From the NCBI GenBank assembly GCA_002104945.1, contig MCFH01000062.1, positions 62,001 to 126,000 on the forward strand: 64,000 nt of DNA, written 5' to 3'. A model generated the notes under the pieces. It made no database searches, was not told the origin of the DNA, and was given only the letters and a program-made list of their open reading frames with translations. Shown piece by piece: positions 26,626-40,899 of the stretch. Both the position numbers and the translations under genes were made by a program. This stretch comes from Piromyces finnis finn (taxonomy: Eukaryota > Fungi > Neocallimastigomycota). Each line of letters begins with the position of its first letter. The stretch's first letter is position 1.

Positions 26626-27239
26626 ATGATAAAATAAAAATAGTATTATTATTTGATTTATAAATGTAACCTTTTTTATAGACCTTTATTAATAATGATA
26701 TTATTATTAAAAAAAATTAAATATTATTTAAAAACTTATTTTAAAAATATAAATAATGTAATTTTTCGTTAATTAAAGAAATCTAAGTTTTAATAATATT
26801 TAGTAATATTTAGTTAATATCCTACTAAAAGTGAATCTATTATGGAAATAATTGACAAAAACAACACAATCTAAAATATATTAATATTAAAATCCCATAC
26901 TACCTATCTTTTTTTATTTAATAAAAATTTCTATTTTTAAAATAAAAGAAAAAGTATTATTTTAAGAGAATTAAATAAAACAAAACTTTTTATCCATTAA
27001 AAATATATAATTATCAAAAAATATTAGTAGACAGTCAATGTAGTAGCATTATTATATTAATTTTTTATTAAAAGCTGATTTTCTAAAGATTAGATAAATG
27101 CAGAAATTGAACTTTATATTATTATAATTATAATATATAATGTAAAGTCATTTTGTATGTAACATATTAACAAGTGTAATTAGAACAATAATTAAAAATG
27201 AAAAAAGCAATATTCGTGAATTATTATTTGTTAATAAGA

Positions 27240-27530
27240 AATATCAAATAATACTAATAAAAAGGAGGATAAAGAATATGATAAAGATGAAGAAGCTTAT
27301 TATGAAAATGATGATGATAAAACTTTACCAAAAATTATTTATTTTATAATGAAAGAAAAAGGAATAAATACTAGTTTTAAAAAAGTTGTTATAAAGTATT
27401 GGATTATAATGAAGAATTGATATTTAATGGTAAATATTTAAATAAAAGGAATGAAAAAATTATTAAATATGGAATAGCTATATGTGAAAAAAAATGTGAT
27501 GTAATTTATGAAATAAATTATGGTAAGAAA
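27240..27530 (+). pseudogene. PD-(D/E)XK nuclease C-terminal fragment (copy 2)
   Basis: KIIKYGIAICEKKCDVIYEIN matches the family's terminal KYGIA motif. Confidence 0.55.
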
Positions 27531-27559
27531 TTCAAAAAAAAAAAAAAAAAAAGAAATGC

Positions 27560-29206
27560 CAAAAGAAATATATCTGATGAAAAATGTAATTTAAATCATT
27601 TTTATTTTGTTGATAAAACTAGAATGATATCGAATTTTATTGGCAAAGATAGAAATGTGTATTTGATATTACGACCAAGACAATTTGGAAAAAGCTTTAA
27701 TTTAAAAATGATTCAAGAAATTTTTTGAAAAACCTGTTAATAGAAAGGATCTAAGAAATGATTTATTTGATGGTTTAGAAGTTTCCAAAAATAGAAAATA
27801 TATGAGAGATTCTCACAAAAATCCTGTTCTTTATTTAAATTTTAAAGATGAAGAATCTAAAGATTATAAATCCGCTATTAAATATCTTTAAAATAAAATA
27901 TTTAATTTATTTAAATATCAAAGAGGAAAAATTGATTTTAAAAAATTAAATATTTAATAAAAAAGAAAATTTAGAATATAAAAATAGCTGGTGCAAAAAT
28001 GGAAATGAAAATATTATAAAAAAACTTATTGAAGATAATGAATTTTCATTTTTAAAAGATTTTCTAAGCTTATTCTATGGTAATATAGTCGTTATAAATG
28101 TAGCTAGAAGACTTATTTTAAAAAGTGAATATTATGAAAGTGAAATATGGTTATTTTTATTGTATTATGGATATTTAATATTCTCAGATAAGGAAGAATA
28201 TGAGAAAAAAATATAAATAATATGGATGATCAAATAACAAAATTATTATTATATAATGGTGAAGCAAATAAACTATTATTAGATAAATCCAAATCAACTG
28301 AAAAAGATGAAAATTTAAATCAAATTAAAAAATATAAATTATATCGATACGTTGGTAATAATATAAAATATGTTAAAATTCCGAATGGTAAAATTTTAGA
28401 AAATCTTATTTCTTTATTAAAAACTATTATAAAAGATAAATTAGAAATAGTAAATGATAAAATAATAGATAATTTTATTAACGGCCTTTTTGAAAAAGAT
28501 GTTAAAAAAGCTTATAAAAATTTAAATGAATATTTATCAAAATTAAGTGCATATCACTTGAATCCCAACATATATGATGAATTCAAAATGTATGGAAATG
28601 TTTATTAAGTGCTATTAATGCAAATATTTTTGTTTTTAAAAATTAAGAGTTTAATCCCAGAAGAAGATAGTGGATATGGTAGGTATAATTTTGGATTTTT
28701 TATTAAAGATTATTTTAATAATAAAGAAAAAGAATATATTTTAATTGAAGTTAAGATTTTTAAAAAAAATGCAGAATTCCATGAAGAAATAAATTATGAA
28801 GAGGAAGAAAAAGAAGATCATGATTATATCAATAGCTGTCTTTTAAAGAAATGTGAAGATGCAATAAACCAAATTGAAAATAAAAATTATGAAGAAAAAT
28901 ATAGAACTAACGGCTATAATAGTTTCATTAAATATGGTATTGCCTTATATAAAAGAACGTGTGAAGCTAAAATGAAAATAAATAATGGAGAAATACAATA
29001 CACGTCAGAAACTAGTAATTATAGTGATAATAAAAAAGGAAGAAAAAGAGCTACAACAACAATGCACGTCAGAAACTAGTAATTATAGTGATAATAAAAA
29101 AGGAAGAAAAAGAGCTACAACAACAAAAGCAGGAACAAGAAAAGAAGCAAGAAAAAGAACAAGAAAAAGAGCAAAAAACGAGAATAACAAAATATACAGT
29201 AAGTAA
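27560..29206 (+). pseudogene. AAA-ATPase-like (PF09820-type) + PD-(D/E)XK (PF08011-type) gene, fragmented (copy 3)
   Basis: YFVDKTRMI...LILRPRQFGKSFNLKMIQEIF (Walker A of this family), YVKIPNG, EEDSGYGRY, ILIEVK, AINQIENKNY, KYGIALY. Multiple stops and frameshifts. Confidence 0.82.
29001..29126 (+). repeat. 64-bp tandem duplication frameshifting the tail of the AAA/nuclease gene
   Basis: cacgtcagaaactagtaattatagtgat... at 29001 and 29065. Confidence 0.9.
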
Positions 29207-30438
29207 TACCAAAAAAGAAACAGGAAAAACAACAAGAACGAAAAGAAGAGGATAAAAAAAATAAAGTCAAATAGTTATAATTTGTTTATTTGCTTTAATA
29301 ACTATTATTTTTAAATTATTTAATAGTAGTATTAATTGTTCTTGATAAATTACTTAACAAATTAAAGTTAAATATATTTATCACGACTACTTAGGAAGCT
29401 TCTTATTTTTATATCTATTACCATGAGATAGTGATTTGAATTAGATGAATAAGAAAGTGATCTTTTAAAAATATCTTTAACTTTATTAATTTGTATTCCA
29501 ATGTTTATTATTTCATCATTTCTTGTTATTACTTTTATATTTATCATATTAATATTAATATTTTCATTTAGTTTTAATAAATCAAACATGAAATTTTTAA
29601 AAAACCTTTTTATTTTATTTTATGTTTTCAGTATTATTATGATTAAAAAATTAGTGTTATTAACAAATGGAAATAAATCCGCTTAATTTGTTCGTTTTAT
29701 ATTTCTTTTTTAAATAACATATATAGAAAAAAAATATTTAATTAATTATACGTATTTTCAATGAAGTTTGGAATTATATAAATTATTATTTAATTAATAA
29801 TTTAATAATTTGTTATTTATTAATCATTCTTTTCTAATATTTATAATTTCATTATTAATAGTTTTCATTTATTTCTATAATTTCTATTAATTTTATTTGG
29901 TTGTATAATTAGTTCAAAAAATTTTATAAAAACTAATATTTTGTATTAAATATAATTGTCTAAATTGTAAAAAAAATAAATAAATATTATAAAATGATAT
30001 AAAAAATAGTATATATTATTTTTTTATTGTAAATCCAAACGTTAAAGAAAAAAAGTAATTAAAGCTTAAAAATAATTAAATATAGTATCTAATAATTATA
30101 CAATACTAAAATATGTGTTTTTTCATAATTATTGATATTAAAAAATTTTTTTTCTAATATTAAACACAAAATATGTAAATTTTTTTTTAAAATTATAAAC
30201 TTTTTTTCTATCTAATTTCTTATATATTTTTGACTACTTTATAATATTTTTAATTTTTATACTATTTTTATCATTTTATAATACTTTTATTATTCATTCA
30301 TTTTTATATATTTATTTATTTAGTTGTTTTTTAGTTTTAACATTTTGATTTTAATACACATCATTTAATCATTTTTTTTTCATTATAATTATAATTAATT
30401 TTTTAAAAATAATATGTCAATTTTATATTGTATTTAGT

Positions 30439-30790
30439 TTAAACATTATACGTACAAGTATTATTATAATATTTATTTGAAAAACAATGATTATCCATTT
30501 TACAATCTGTAGAAACATGAATTGTTTTATTTTTATTTGATTCAATGTAAATATTTATAAGTTCTTTATAATTATCGGCGTAAGGAATTAAAATAAATCT
30601 ATGAATGTTATCTTTTTTATCTGGAATTTCAATAAAAGGTTTAATATTATCATCATTCATACATTCATATCATTTTTACAATAAAAAAAAAGGTACTGAA
30701 AAATTAACTGTAGAATTAGTTTCATCAAAATGATAAATGAATTTATCTGGAATATCAGCAGATTCAATACTTATAGTAGTATATCCATAT
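30439..30790 (-). pseudogene. Fragment of a small secreted Cys-rich protein gene, paralogue of 35116-35862
   Basis: DIPDKFIYHFD, YCK, PFIEIPDKKDNIHRFIL and CKMDNHCFSNK...CTYN parallel the 35.1-kb gene (NVPDNFVLKYD, YCR, FIEFPDE, CNNDSDCLYNKC...CVYN). Confidence 0.6.
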
Positions 30791-31529
30791 TGAAAATATA
30801 ATATATATATATACCACTAAAATAACGTTTTTCATTATATTTTATCTTATAAAAATTATATAAATAAATTCTGATATATATAAATAAAAACCTTTAATAT
30901 AATATATAAAACATAAATAAAAAATTGTTAATTTTTTATAATTAAAAATACTTTAAAGGTTTAAATAAATAATAATAGTATTCCGTGAAAAAGTAGATTT
31001 ATGTAATTATTTTTAACTTTTTAATATAAAATTACGAATCCACAATTATAAAATGATTATTATATTTTATAATTATATTGCTGTAACTACCAAGTTAAAG
31101 TATAATCTACTATTAAATAAACTTGTAATTTATAAATATTTTATTTAACTATTAATATTAATAAAACAGTTTTATATATTATATATTAAAAAGTATTATT
31201 AAAAGATGTTAATATTTTAATATATATATATTTTAAAAGGTACAACAAAGTTTAATAATTAATAATAAAGATGATATATTAATGCTATTTTTAAGTACTT
31301 TAGAAAATGTTACTTTTAAAAGAAATTACGTCTGTAATTGACGATATTATCTTAAATGATTTAATAAAGGTCTTGACTCATTTGTATAGTACAGAAAAAG
31401 GATTAAGTAATTTTAATAAAAAATACTTTATTAATTTGAATTTGAATTATATTTTAGAGAATATTGAAAAACGATAGGTTCAGATTATAGTAAAATGATG
31501 AAATATCAAGGTTATTATCAATATACTAT

Positions 31530-31568
<39 letters not shown>

Positions 31569-31569
31569 T

Positions 31570-31900
31570 TTGTTTGTTGAAAGAATAATTTTATATCCTG
31601 AATTTTCTGGTGATTTATAATAATTATTATTCCACTGTGCATACGGTATATTATTCTTAATACATTTCTCTTTATCAGCAATTACTGGTAATACCTTATC
31701 GTTATTATTAAAATATCTAGTATAATATTTACCAAATAATCGGTTATAATTTATTTTTATTGGATTAATTCATACTTTATTTTTTTGATTAAAAGAATAT
31801 TCTTTAATCTGAAGTATATTAAGTATTTAATTTAATTTATAAATAGTAATAAATAATAAATATATTATTATTTATGTATAATACAACTAAAGATATAATA
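31570..31900 (-). repeat. Inverted, diverged partial copy of the decayed ORF at ~36.8-37.2 kb
   Basis: gataaggtattaccagtaattgctgataaagagaaatgtattaagaataatataccgtatg occurs at ~37070 on + and ~31680 on -. Confidence 0.8.
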
Positions 31901-32841
31901 ATTTATATTAATTTTTATAACTGATATATAATTTAAATTGGTATATTCCACTCTAATAAATTCAATTTTTTTTTTTATTTTTATTATTATTTAAAATAAT
32001 ACTAAATCGCTATATGACAATTTAACTGATCATGCCATGGTGTACAGAACACCATTTATAACTTATTTATATTTATAAAAAAATATTAATAAATAAATAT
32101 TTTTTCGATTATTAATGTCGGGAGTATTAACCATCTTACTTTTAAAAATTCACAAAAAAAATATCTTCTTATAATACAAGGAGGTAAGTATAATTTTAAT
32201 AGAGACACTTTAGAGCAGAAAACATAAATTTATATTATTAAATTTCAATTATAAACCTGTGATCATATCAATTAAAATCATTCTTTATTATTATTTCAAT
32301 AATAAATAATTATTAATATTAAATCAAATAAATATACAAAAGTAAAATCCTTATAGTACAAAATATTTCAAAGCAATAACGATTTAATGGAAAAGAGTAA
32401 TTAATTAATTAATTATTATTTTCTCATATAGCTCTGTTATATTATTACAAAAAAAAATTGTCTATTACTAATAATCTTCTTTACAGCTCTGTAATAAAAT
32501 CTTTATGATTATTAATAACCCTACCACTTTCTTTTATCCTTTTATATAGCTTTTCTTAAATTTCTTTTATATAATTATAAATTTTAATAAAAATTTTTTC
32601 TTTATTTATACGTACTATTTTTTGTATTATCATGTTTAACATAAATTTGTTAAATTTATATCTATCGAGTAGTATATATTAAAACTAGTGTGTATGGTTA
32701 TATAGCTAAAATAATATTTTATTGATACAATACTTTATATTAATGTGTAATATACAATAATTTTATTATTTAGGATATTCTTGATTCTTTTTTTTTTTTA
32801 GAAATATTTTATTTTATAATTATTATTCTTTTTATTTTATT

Positions 32842-33281
32842 TATTCAATTTTTGTAATTTTTTTTTTTGTTTAAATGAATTTGTTTATTTCTTTATTTGT
32901 TCTTTTTCTTTTGGTTTTGTTTCAATTTGATATTCAATTTTTGTAATTTTTTTTTGTTTAAATGAATTTGTTTATTTCTTTATTTGTTCTTTTTCTTTTG
33001 GTTTTGTTTCAATTTGATATTCAATTTTTGTAATTTTTTTTTGTTTAAATGAATTTGTTTATTTCTTTATTTGTTCTTTTTCTTTTGGTTTTGTTTCAAT
33101 TTGATATTCAATTTTTGTAATTTTTTTTTGTTTAAATGAATTTGTTTATTTCTTTATTTGTTCTTTTTCTTTTGGTTTTGTTTCAATTTGATATTCAATT
33201 TTTGTAATTTTTTTTTGTTTAAATGAACTTGTTTATTTCTTTATTTGTTCTTTTTCTTTTGGTTTTGTTTCAATTTGATAT
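32842..33281. repeat. 87-bp tandem repeat x5 starting at the stop codon of a minus-strand gene remnant
   Basis: aaatgaa(t/c)ttgtttatttc at 32873, 32960, 33047, 33134 and 33221. Confidence 0.93.
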
Positions 33282-33490
33282 ATCAACTCTAATTTCAGAA
33301 CTAGGAGGAGAAGGGGTATTATCATTTGGTTTTTTATTATTTTTTTCTTCTTGTTCCTTTCTTTGCTTACTTTTCATATCTTGGCGTCTTAAAAGCTTTA
33401 TAAAATTGTATATTAAATGTAATACACAATATGTAACAATTATCCAAGTAAGTATTTTGTATGTACTAGCCGTTATATTTACGATCTATT
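33270..33490 (-). CDS. Terminal exon or remnant of a membrane protein (TM helix + charged tail)
   Basis: Frame reads ...TASTYKILTWIIVTYCVLHLIYNFIKLLRRQDMKSKQRKEQEEKNNKKPNDNTPSPPSSEIRVDISN*. No upstream exons identified. Confidence 0.4.
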
Positions 33491-33697
33491 ATTTAAAAGT
33501 ATTTATATAATTATAAAATATATATTTATTAGTAAGTACATAAAAATAATAAAATATACACAAAAAATTTTATTATTTATTGTAATGAATTGCTCTTACC
33601 TTTTAATATTTTACTTTTATAATTTTAATAACAAAGAATAGTTTACAAATTATAATGTAAAAAATGAAATATGTTTATATATTTGTAAATAATTTTT

Positions 33698-33729
<32 letters not shown>

Positions 33730-34393
33730 TTTTTTTCATATTTATATTTATTTTTCTTTTATTTTTCTTTTTCTGAATTAAAATAAAAGAGCGACTTATT
33801 TTTATATACTAAAATGTCATCATTCAATAATGATAGTGTTAATATTTATGGTTAATTTTATTTATCAAAGGACTCTTTTTTAATATATATTAATTACATT
33901 TAATATTTATATTAATACATGATTATTTACATTTACATTCATCTATACATTATTTACATTGCGCCATAACCCGTTTACTAATATTTAAATATTAATTATT
34001 TTATTATATAAATAAATATAAATATATTTTGTGCAAACTATAATTAAACTTTATTTCTAACAGATAAGGATTATTATTAAAAGAGAAGAAAAGTTTTTTC
34101 TTTACTACATTTTAATTAATTTAATTTTAATTTTATTTTATGTTTTTAATCTTTCTTGTATGGGAACATCTAGAACATCTAGAACATGAAAACTTTAAAA
34201 TATAATAATATAGAATAACGTAGGTAGGCATATATCAATATATTTCTTATCTATATATTATTTATACTTTATCTTAGATTTTGGAAGGATTTAGCCAGGA
34301 TTTCTAGCCAGGCAAAATTTGACCTCTGGTAAAATTTTAACCAGACAAAATATTAATTTTATTAAATTAATTTTTAATATAATTAATAATTTA

Positions 34394-34680
34394 TTTTTTT
34401 TTTTTTTTTTTTTTTTTTAACTTCCGAGTGCATTTCTCCCATCGATCAGAGTTAGCTCCAATGGTGGTTCTTAGAGAAACGTTGGCTCATTCCTATTGCT
34501 AGGTGGTTGTGACCCTCCTGGTCTGTCATACTGTTTCTTCAGCTTCGACGCTCACTTAATCCATGTACATTAGATGCATGTTGTTATGTTGTTGTACGAT
34601 ATTTCACAACTACAATGCTAAGCCTCTTATAGTCAATTTGATCACGTGTCAACCGCCCCCTAATGTTTACACTTAAATTG
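34394..34680 (-). mobile_element. Second, more 5'-truncated copy of the poly(A) retroposon
   Basis: Near-identical to 21263-21537 with small indels (an 8-bp atgttgtt-type insertion; ccgcccc versus ccgccc). Poly(T) on +. No clear TSD. Confidence 0.85.
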
Positions 34681-35115
34681 TTTATTATCCTTTATATTTA
34701 TTTATTTTAATGTATTATAAAGTATATTGATATATATTATAAATATATATAAATTAATATAAAAATGTTACAATATAATATATATTAATATATTATATGA
34801 ATATTTGTATATATCTATTTAATAAAATTTTTTTTTTAAAAAAAAGATAATTGAATTGTTAATATAAATTTAATTCAAATTATTCATATTTAATATATGT
34901 AAAATACATTTTATAATATATAATACTATATATTACTGAAAACTATATAAATTTATTATTTTCTCTTTAAAAAAATATTAATATTATATCAATAAGTAAA
35001 CTTGTAATAATCTTTAAAATTCTAATAATAATTATAAATAATTAAAATGATTATACTTTTTTAATTATATTATATAAAAATAAATAAAGATTTTATAAAA
35101 ATTATATAATTTACT

Positions 35116-35862
35116 ATGATGCATTCATTTACATTAATACTTTTATTTATTCCTTTAATATACAGCCTAAATGTAACTATTGATAATGTACCTGATAATT
35201 TCGTTCTTAAATATGATAAAACAAGAAAGAGAGAAAGTTTCATTAGTGAATTATATTGTAGAAAAAAAGATTGCATTGGAATAAAATATAATGAGGAATT
35301 GAATACTTTTATTGAATTTCCTGATGAAAATAACAATTTAAAGTATTATATTACTACATTTTTTATATATGATGATAAATCAAAAAAGTTTATTACTTCT
35401 AACGATGGTTATTTTCCTTATAATGATAATAGTACTTATATATCTTTAAAATGTAATAATGATTCTGATTGTTTATATAATAAATGTATTGAAAATCATT
35501 GTGTATATAATATATATAATGATGACTCACCAGTAACTAATTGTGTTACTTTTTATAAATATTTTTCTATATTATAATATTCATATTTACATTGTGGTAG
35601 ACCACATGATGCTCCATGTACTAAAAATTATGAATGTGCTTCTAAAAAATGTTCATATGATACATATAGTAATTTAGGTGTTAATACATGTGAAGATGTT
35701 GATACTTCTAAATTTCCTTCAGAAATTACTGAATTTAAAAGTGCCATACAATCTTATATTTGTATAATAATAATGATACCTATATGTATATTAATATGTA
35801 TCATTATATGTTGTTATAAAAGGTATAAAAAACATGAAAATGTTAAATTTAACAAAATATAA
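35116..35862 (+). pseudogene. Small type I membrane Cys-rich protein with one in-frame TAA (35575-35577)
   Basis: Signal peptide; CNNDSDCLYNKC..NHC. After the stop the same frame continues YSYLHCGRPHDAPCTKNYECASKKC...TM...KI*. Confidence 0.75.
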
Positions 35863-35999
35863 GTAAATATTTTATATTGTTATATATATATATATTTTAA
35901 AAGTTTATTTTTAACTATATAATAATTATATAAAATGATTATTATATAGTTAAAAATAGTTATAAACATATATTTTAGTTATTGAAAATATATTATTAT

Positions 36000-38210
36000 T
36001 ATATTATTTAATGAATATTATTGAATTAATCCATAATTTACTACAAAATAAAAATGTTTATCAAATGAACATAAAATAATAATTAATAATAAATGCTTTT
36101 CATTCTTTGAGAGAATAAGTATTATTAATTGCAATAATCTTACTAAAGATAAATACACTATTGAATATAGCAATAATAATATAAATGATTATTTGAGCAA
36201 TTTTTTACTTATTAATACTTTGAAAAAAATATGTAATGAAAAAATATTTAAATATAATTTTGATTTAAAAGATACAACTAAAACAAAATTTTATATATCT
36301 ATAAATATACCTTCATATACTCTTAAAGATATTTATAATAAAATAATAAAGTTAGAATTACCAAATACTTGTCAGTATGTAACTGCTTTTATTAAAAGAA
36401 TAAATTATTTCCATTACTTTAATAAAAGGTATACTGAAACGTATCACTATAATCAAGTGTTAATTGCAGAGGATAAAAATAAGAATATTAAAGATTCAGA
36501 TAATTTCATAATTATTAAATGTTGTCATGATAGTATAAGAATTACTGGAAATAAAATAACATTTTATGAAAGAGATACTTTTAATAATATTATTTGTAAA
36601 TTATTACCATGTTTAAATTATTCGAGTAATCAAATACTAATTAAATTCAAACCAAGTATTGTTTCTTTTACATACCCAATAAATATAAATTACCAATTGC
36701 TTGATTTGATGTTATATGAAAATGCTTTATATCCCTATATATATACCGATGAGAATGAAGATATAATAAAAAGTAAAGAAAAATTAGTATATACAATAAA
36801 TATCTTTAATCAGTCATTAAATATGAAACTTTATAACAAGTATAAACAATTTACAGAAATTATCCGATTTCAAGAATTAGAATGGTATATGTATATGACT
36901 GTTAAAAAAAATATTAAACTATCTTTATTTATTATATATTGATTTTCATGTAAATTATTATAAAAAAAATAAAGAAATAAATATTCCATTAAAAATAAAT
37001 TATAATCGATTATTTGGTAAATATTATACTAGATATTTTAGTAATAAGGATAAGGTATTACCAGTAATTGCTGATAAAGAGAAATGTATTAAGAATAATA
37101 TACCGTATGTACAGTGAAATAATAATTATTATAGATCACCAGAAAATTTAGGATATAAAATTATTCTTTCAACAAATAAAAATTCTACTGATAATAACTT
37201 TGTGTTTCATAATAAAAAGTTATTATTTGATTCAGAATCAGAATTAAATCTTGTTCCTAAATGTGTTAAAGTGATAAGAAAGTACAAAGAAAAAGAAACA
37301 TCTGTTTATTTTAATATTACTTATAAACTAGACAAACATTGTAAAGGAAGATTTCCTTCCAATTTATTTATTTCTTATGGTTATGAATTACAAGGTTTAT
37401 ATAGACAATATTTTGATATTCCAGAAATAAATAATAAATTTATGATATGTTCTAATTGTAATAAATACATTAATATTCCTAGTCAATAGGAATTAATAAA
37501 TTGTGTAAAAGAAAAGTTTAAGAATAAACAATTAAAATTAATAAATGAAAATTATAATTACAATGATATTAATATACTTTCTTTTTCAGTAGATAATAAT
37601 ATGAATATATATCCATATTGTGTTTTTGATTATGTCTACAATTGTAATTCTTCTTTTCCCTTTTTAATAATAATGTTAAATACATGTAAATTATTTACAC
37701 TTTCTAATTATAGTTATGAATATGTACTAAGTTCAGATAAGAGTTTGTTTAATTTTAATGATGATTTTGTACAAGCTATATTTTCTATGTATAAAAAAAA
37801 TTAAATTTCAATCATAGATAATGCTACATTAACTAAATACATTAAACAATATGTTTCAGATAATAAAACAGTTTTAATAACAGAAAAGGAATTTCCAGAT
37901 GAAAAGATATATTTATGGAGATCGATTTATTCAGAAATAATACCAACAATACCAATAATAAAAGATAATGATAAATTATACAATACACTACCATCATTTT
38001 CTTTTTTATGTAAGAATATTAAAAATATATAACTGCATATTATTATAGTATTATAGATGAATGCAATAAAAAAGTAATTATCTATGGTGTATGGGATAAT
38101 GAAGATTATTATCCATGTAAAGCATCCATAGAAATATTAAAATCAACTATCCTTAATAAACCTTTAAGTAAATATATTTTTAGAGTAAAATTAGAGAGAG
38201 GATAGATTTT
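36000..38210 (+). pseudogene. Long intron-less decayed ORF of unknown family
   Basis: The 249-, 95- and 67-aa ORFs and the intervening frames are collinear and separated by single stops or frameshifts. No confident domain call. Confidence 0.5.
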
Positions 38211-40899
38211 ATAAAAATTGATATATAAACCTCCTTTTTTTTTAATTTTTTGTTTTTTTTATATTTAATTTATACGTGATGTATCTAGATTTCTTTCCAC
38301 AATATTAAAAAAAAAATAAGAATCTATATAAAATAACATAACTATAAAAAAATATTTCAAGTATATATGTTTAATCTTTATAATAAAAATTAAAATGCTT
38401 TTTTTTTTCTAATTCATACTTCATAAAACTAATGGTGGAAATAAACCCGCTTAAATTTCATTTTTATTTTTTAAAAAAAATAAATATAAAAATAAAATAA
38501 TAGATTAAACATAGGTTAAATATTTTTTTATATAAAAATAATAAATTATTATTTAGTTAATTACTTCGCAAGTTATTACTTGTTTCTTAATATAAACTAA
38601 TTATTCTTTTTAAATATTTATATTTATAATTTTATTATTAAATTTTAATAATGTCTTTATTTTGTTATATAATTTTGCTTATTCAACTACCTTTTTTTAA
38701 ATTTTAAATATTATTTCTATATAATAAGTATAAGTTGTATATTTGTATATTATTTTATGGTACTTGTATATATTTTGATTATTGAAAGAAAATATTAAAC
38801 TAGGCATAGAATAGGATTCTATTGAAGGATTACTATATAGAATTTGTCGAGAATGAAAAGGACTTTATTTTTAATAAATTTAAACATATATGTAAATATA
38901 GATTAATACCAATTGCATATTAAAAGAAATTATATATATTAAATAAATATTAAATACACAAAATTGTTGAATGATAATGACTATATATAATTATCCTATA
39001 AATATATTAAAATTAATACCTGAAAAAAATGAGAAAAGATATTATTATGGATAAAGAATTAAAGTGGAAGATAAATCAATGTCCATTATAAAAATAATAA
39101 TAAATATTATATTAACGATAAATATTAAATACCATTTGCAATAATAAACAAAAATTTTAAAAACAATTTAGATCAATACATTATTAAAATATAATATTGA
39201 ATAAATATGCATTTATATAAAAAATGATACTGAAATTGAAAACAAAAAATGTGGAAATAGGATAGAAATAAACTATTATATTGAATTAATTAAAATCAGA
39301 AAACAACACCCTAAATATAAAAATAGCACTAAAAATATTATTTTTTTCCCTAATAAAATAAATAATAAACCAATGGATGATATTATTGATAAATATTAAG
39401 TGGAAGTAAATTTAAAAAATAATGCTTAAAAAAAAAAAAAGAATATTAATTGTATAAATGTATAATATTTTGAGAAAGAATAAAAAGAATGTTTAAATGT
39501 TAATATTAATAAAGATATTAAAAAAAATAACTAAAACTAAAATTATTTCACTAATTTTATTATTGATATTTAATAATTTTATCTACATACAATAATATGA
39601 AAGAACATAAAGTTCAAAAAAGTTAATTCAATATAATTCAAAACCATTATTATTATCTATACTTTAAAATTTTATTAAGGTCCATTCTATTACATACTTA
39701 AAATATAAAAAATTTAAAATAAACTATATGGTTATATTTATATTTATAACAACACAAAAAAAAAGTAACCAAAAAAGTAACCTTTTTTCATTTAATTTTA
39801 TAAAATAAATGAAATTACATAGATGAAAATTATTTTAGAATATATCATTATATTAAAATATAAGCATTATATTATTATTTGTTTAGTAATCAATTGTATA
39901 TATATATATATAGTTTTGCTTTCAATATTTCTAATATGGTATTCAATAAATATGATTCTATATATATTTAATTTTTTTTTTCGTTTTGTTGTTGTTATTG
40001 TTGTTTTTGGAAAGTTCCTCCTCTTGAATTAATATTTTTTGTTTTCATTAAATAGGTAAATTACTACCAAAAAAAAATTTTAATGTAGTTATTTCTACAA
40101 TTGAACAAGCTGTTCTAATTATCTATTTATTATTACATAAAGTAACATCATCAAATATCCTAGATTTAATTAAATATAAATATAATAAATTGTATAAATG
40201 AAATATATAATTTATTTCTAATAAAAAAAAAACTCTTTATAACAATTAATTAATATTTTTTTTATTTAATTATACTATAATAGATACTATAATATGCTTT
40301 TTAAATATTAAAAATATATAATATAATTAATATCATTCATTATATTTACTGAAAAGTTGATTTTTTTATTTCAATATTAATAATGGTTGATACATTTAAA
40401 TAATAAAAAAAAATTCAAAAGTTTTAATAACTGATATATAATTAATTAAATTATTTTATATATAAAATAAAATTAAAGTTTAAATTTAAAAGAATAAAAA
40501 AATACAACTTTATTTAATTAATTTATTATAATTAATTATTCATCGTCCATTTAAAAAAATTTGATCTGAAAAAAAATGCATTTGAACTTTGACACGAAAA
40601 AACTTAAACTTTTTTTTTTAAAATTTTTACACTTTAAGATATACTTTATTTTTTATAATTATATTTTATTTATATTTTATTTATTTTTTATTATGCTTTA
40701 AGAAATATTTTATTTTTTTATTATATTTTTATTATTATTTATATTATTTTATTTATATTTTATTTTAAAAATGAATTATTACATGTTTTCTTTTATATAA
40801 AAAAAAAAAAAAAAAAATTTAAATGTAAAATTGTTTTAATTATTTTTATTAGTTATCCATTCATTGTAATCATTATATTTATTGAAATATTTAATAAAC

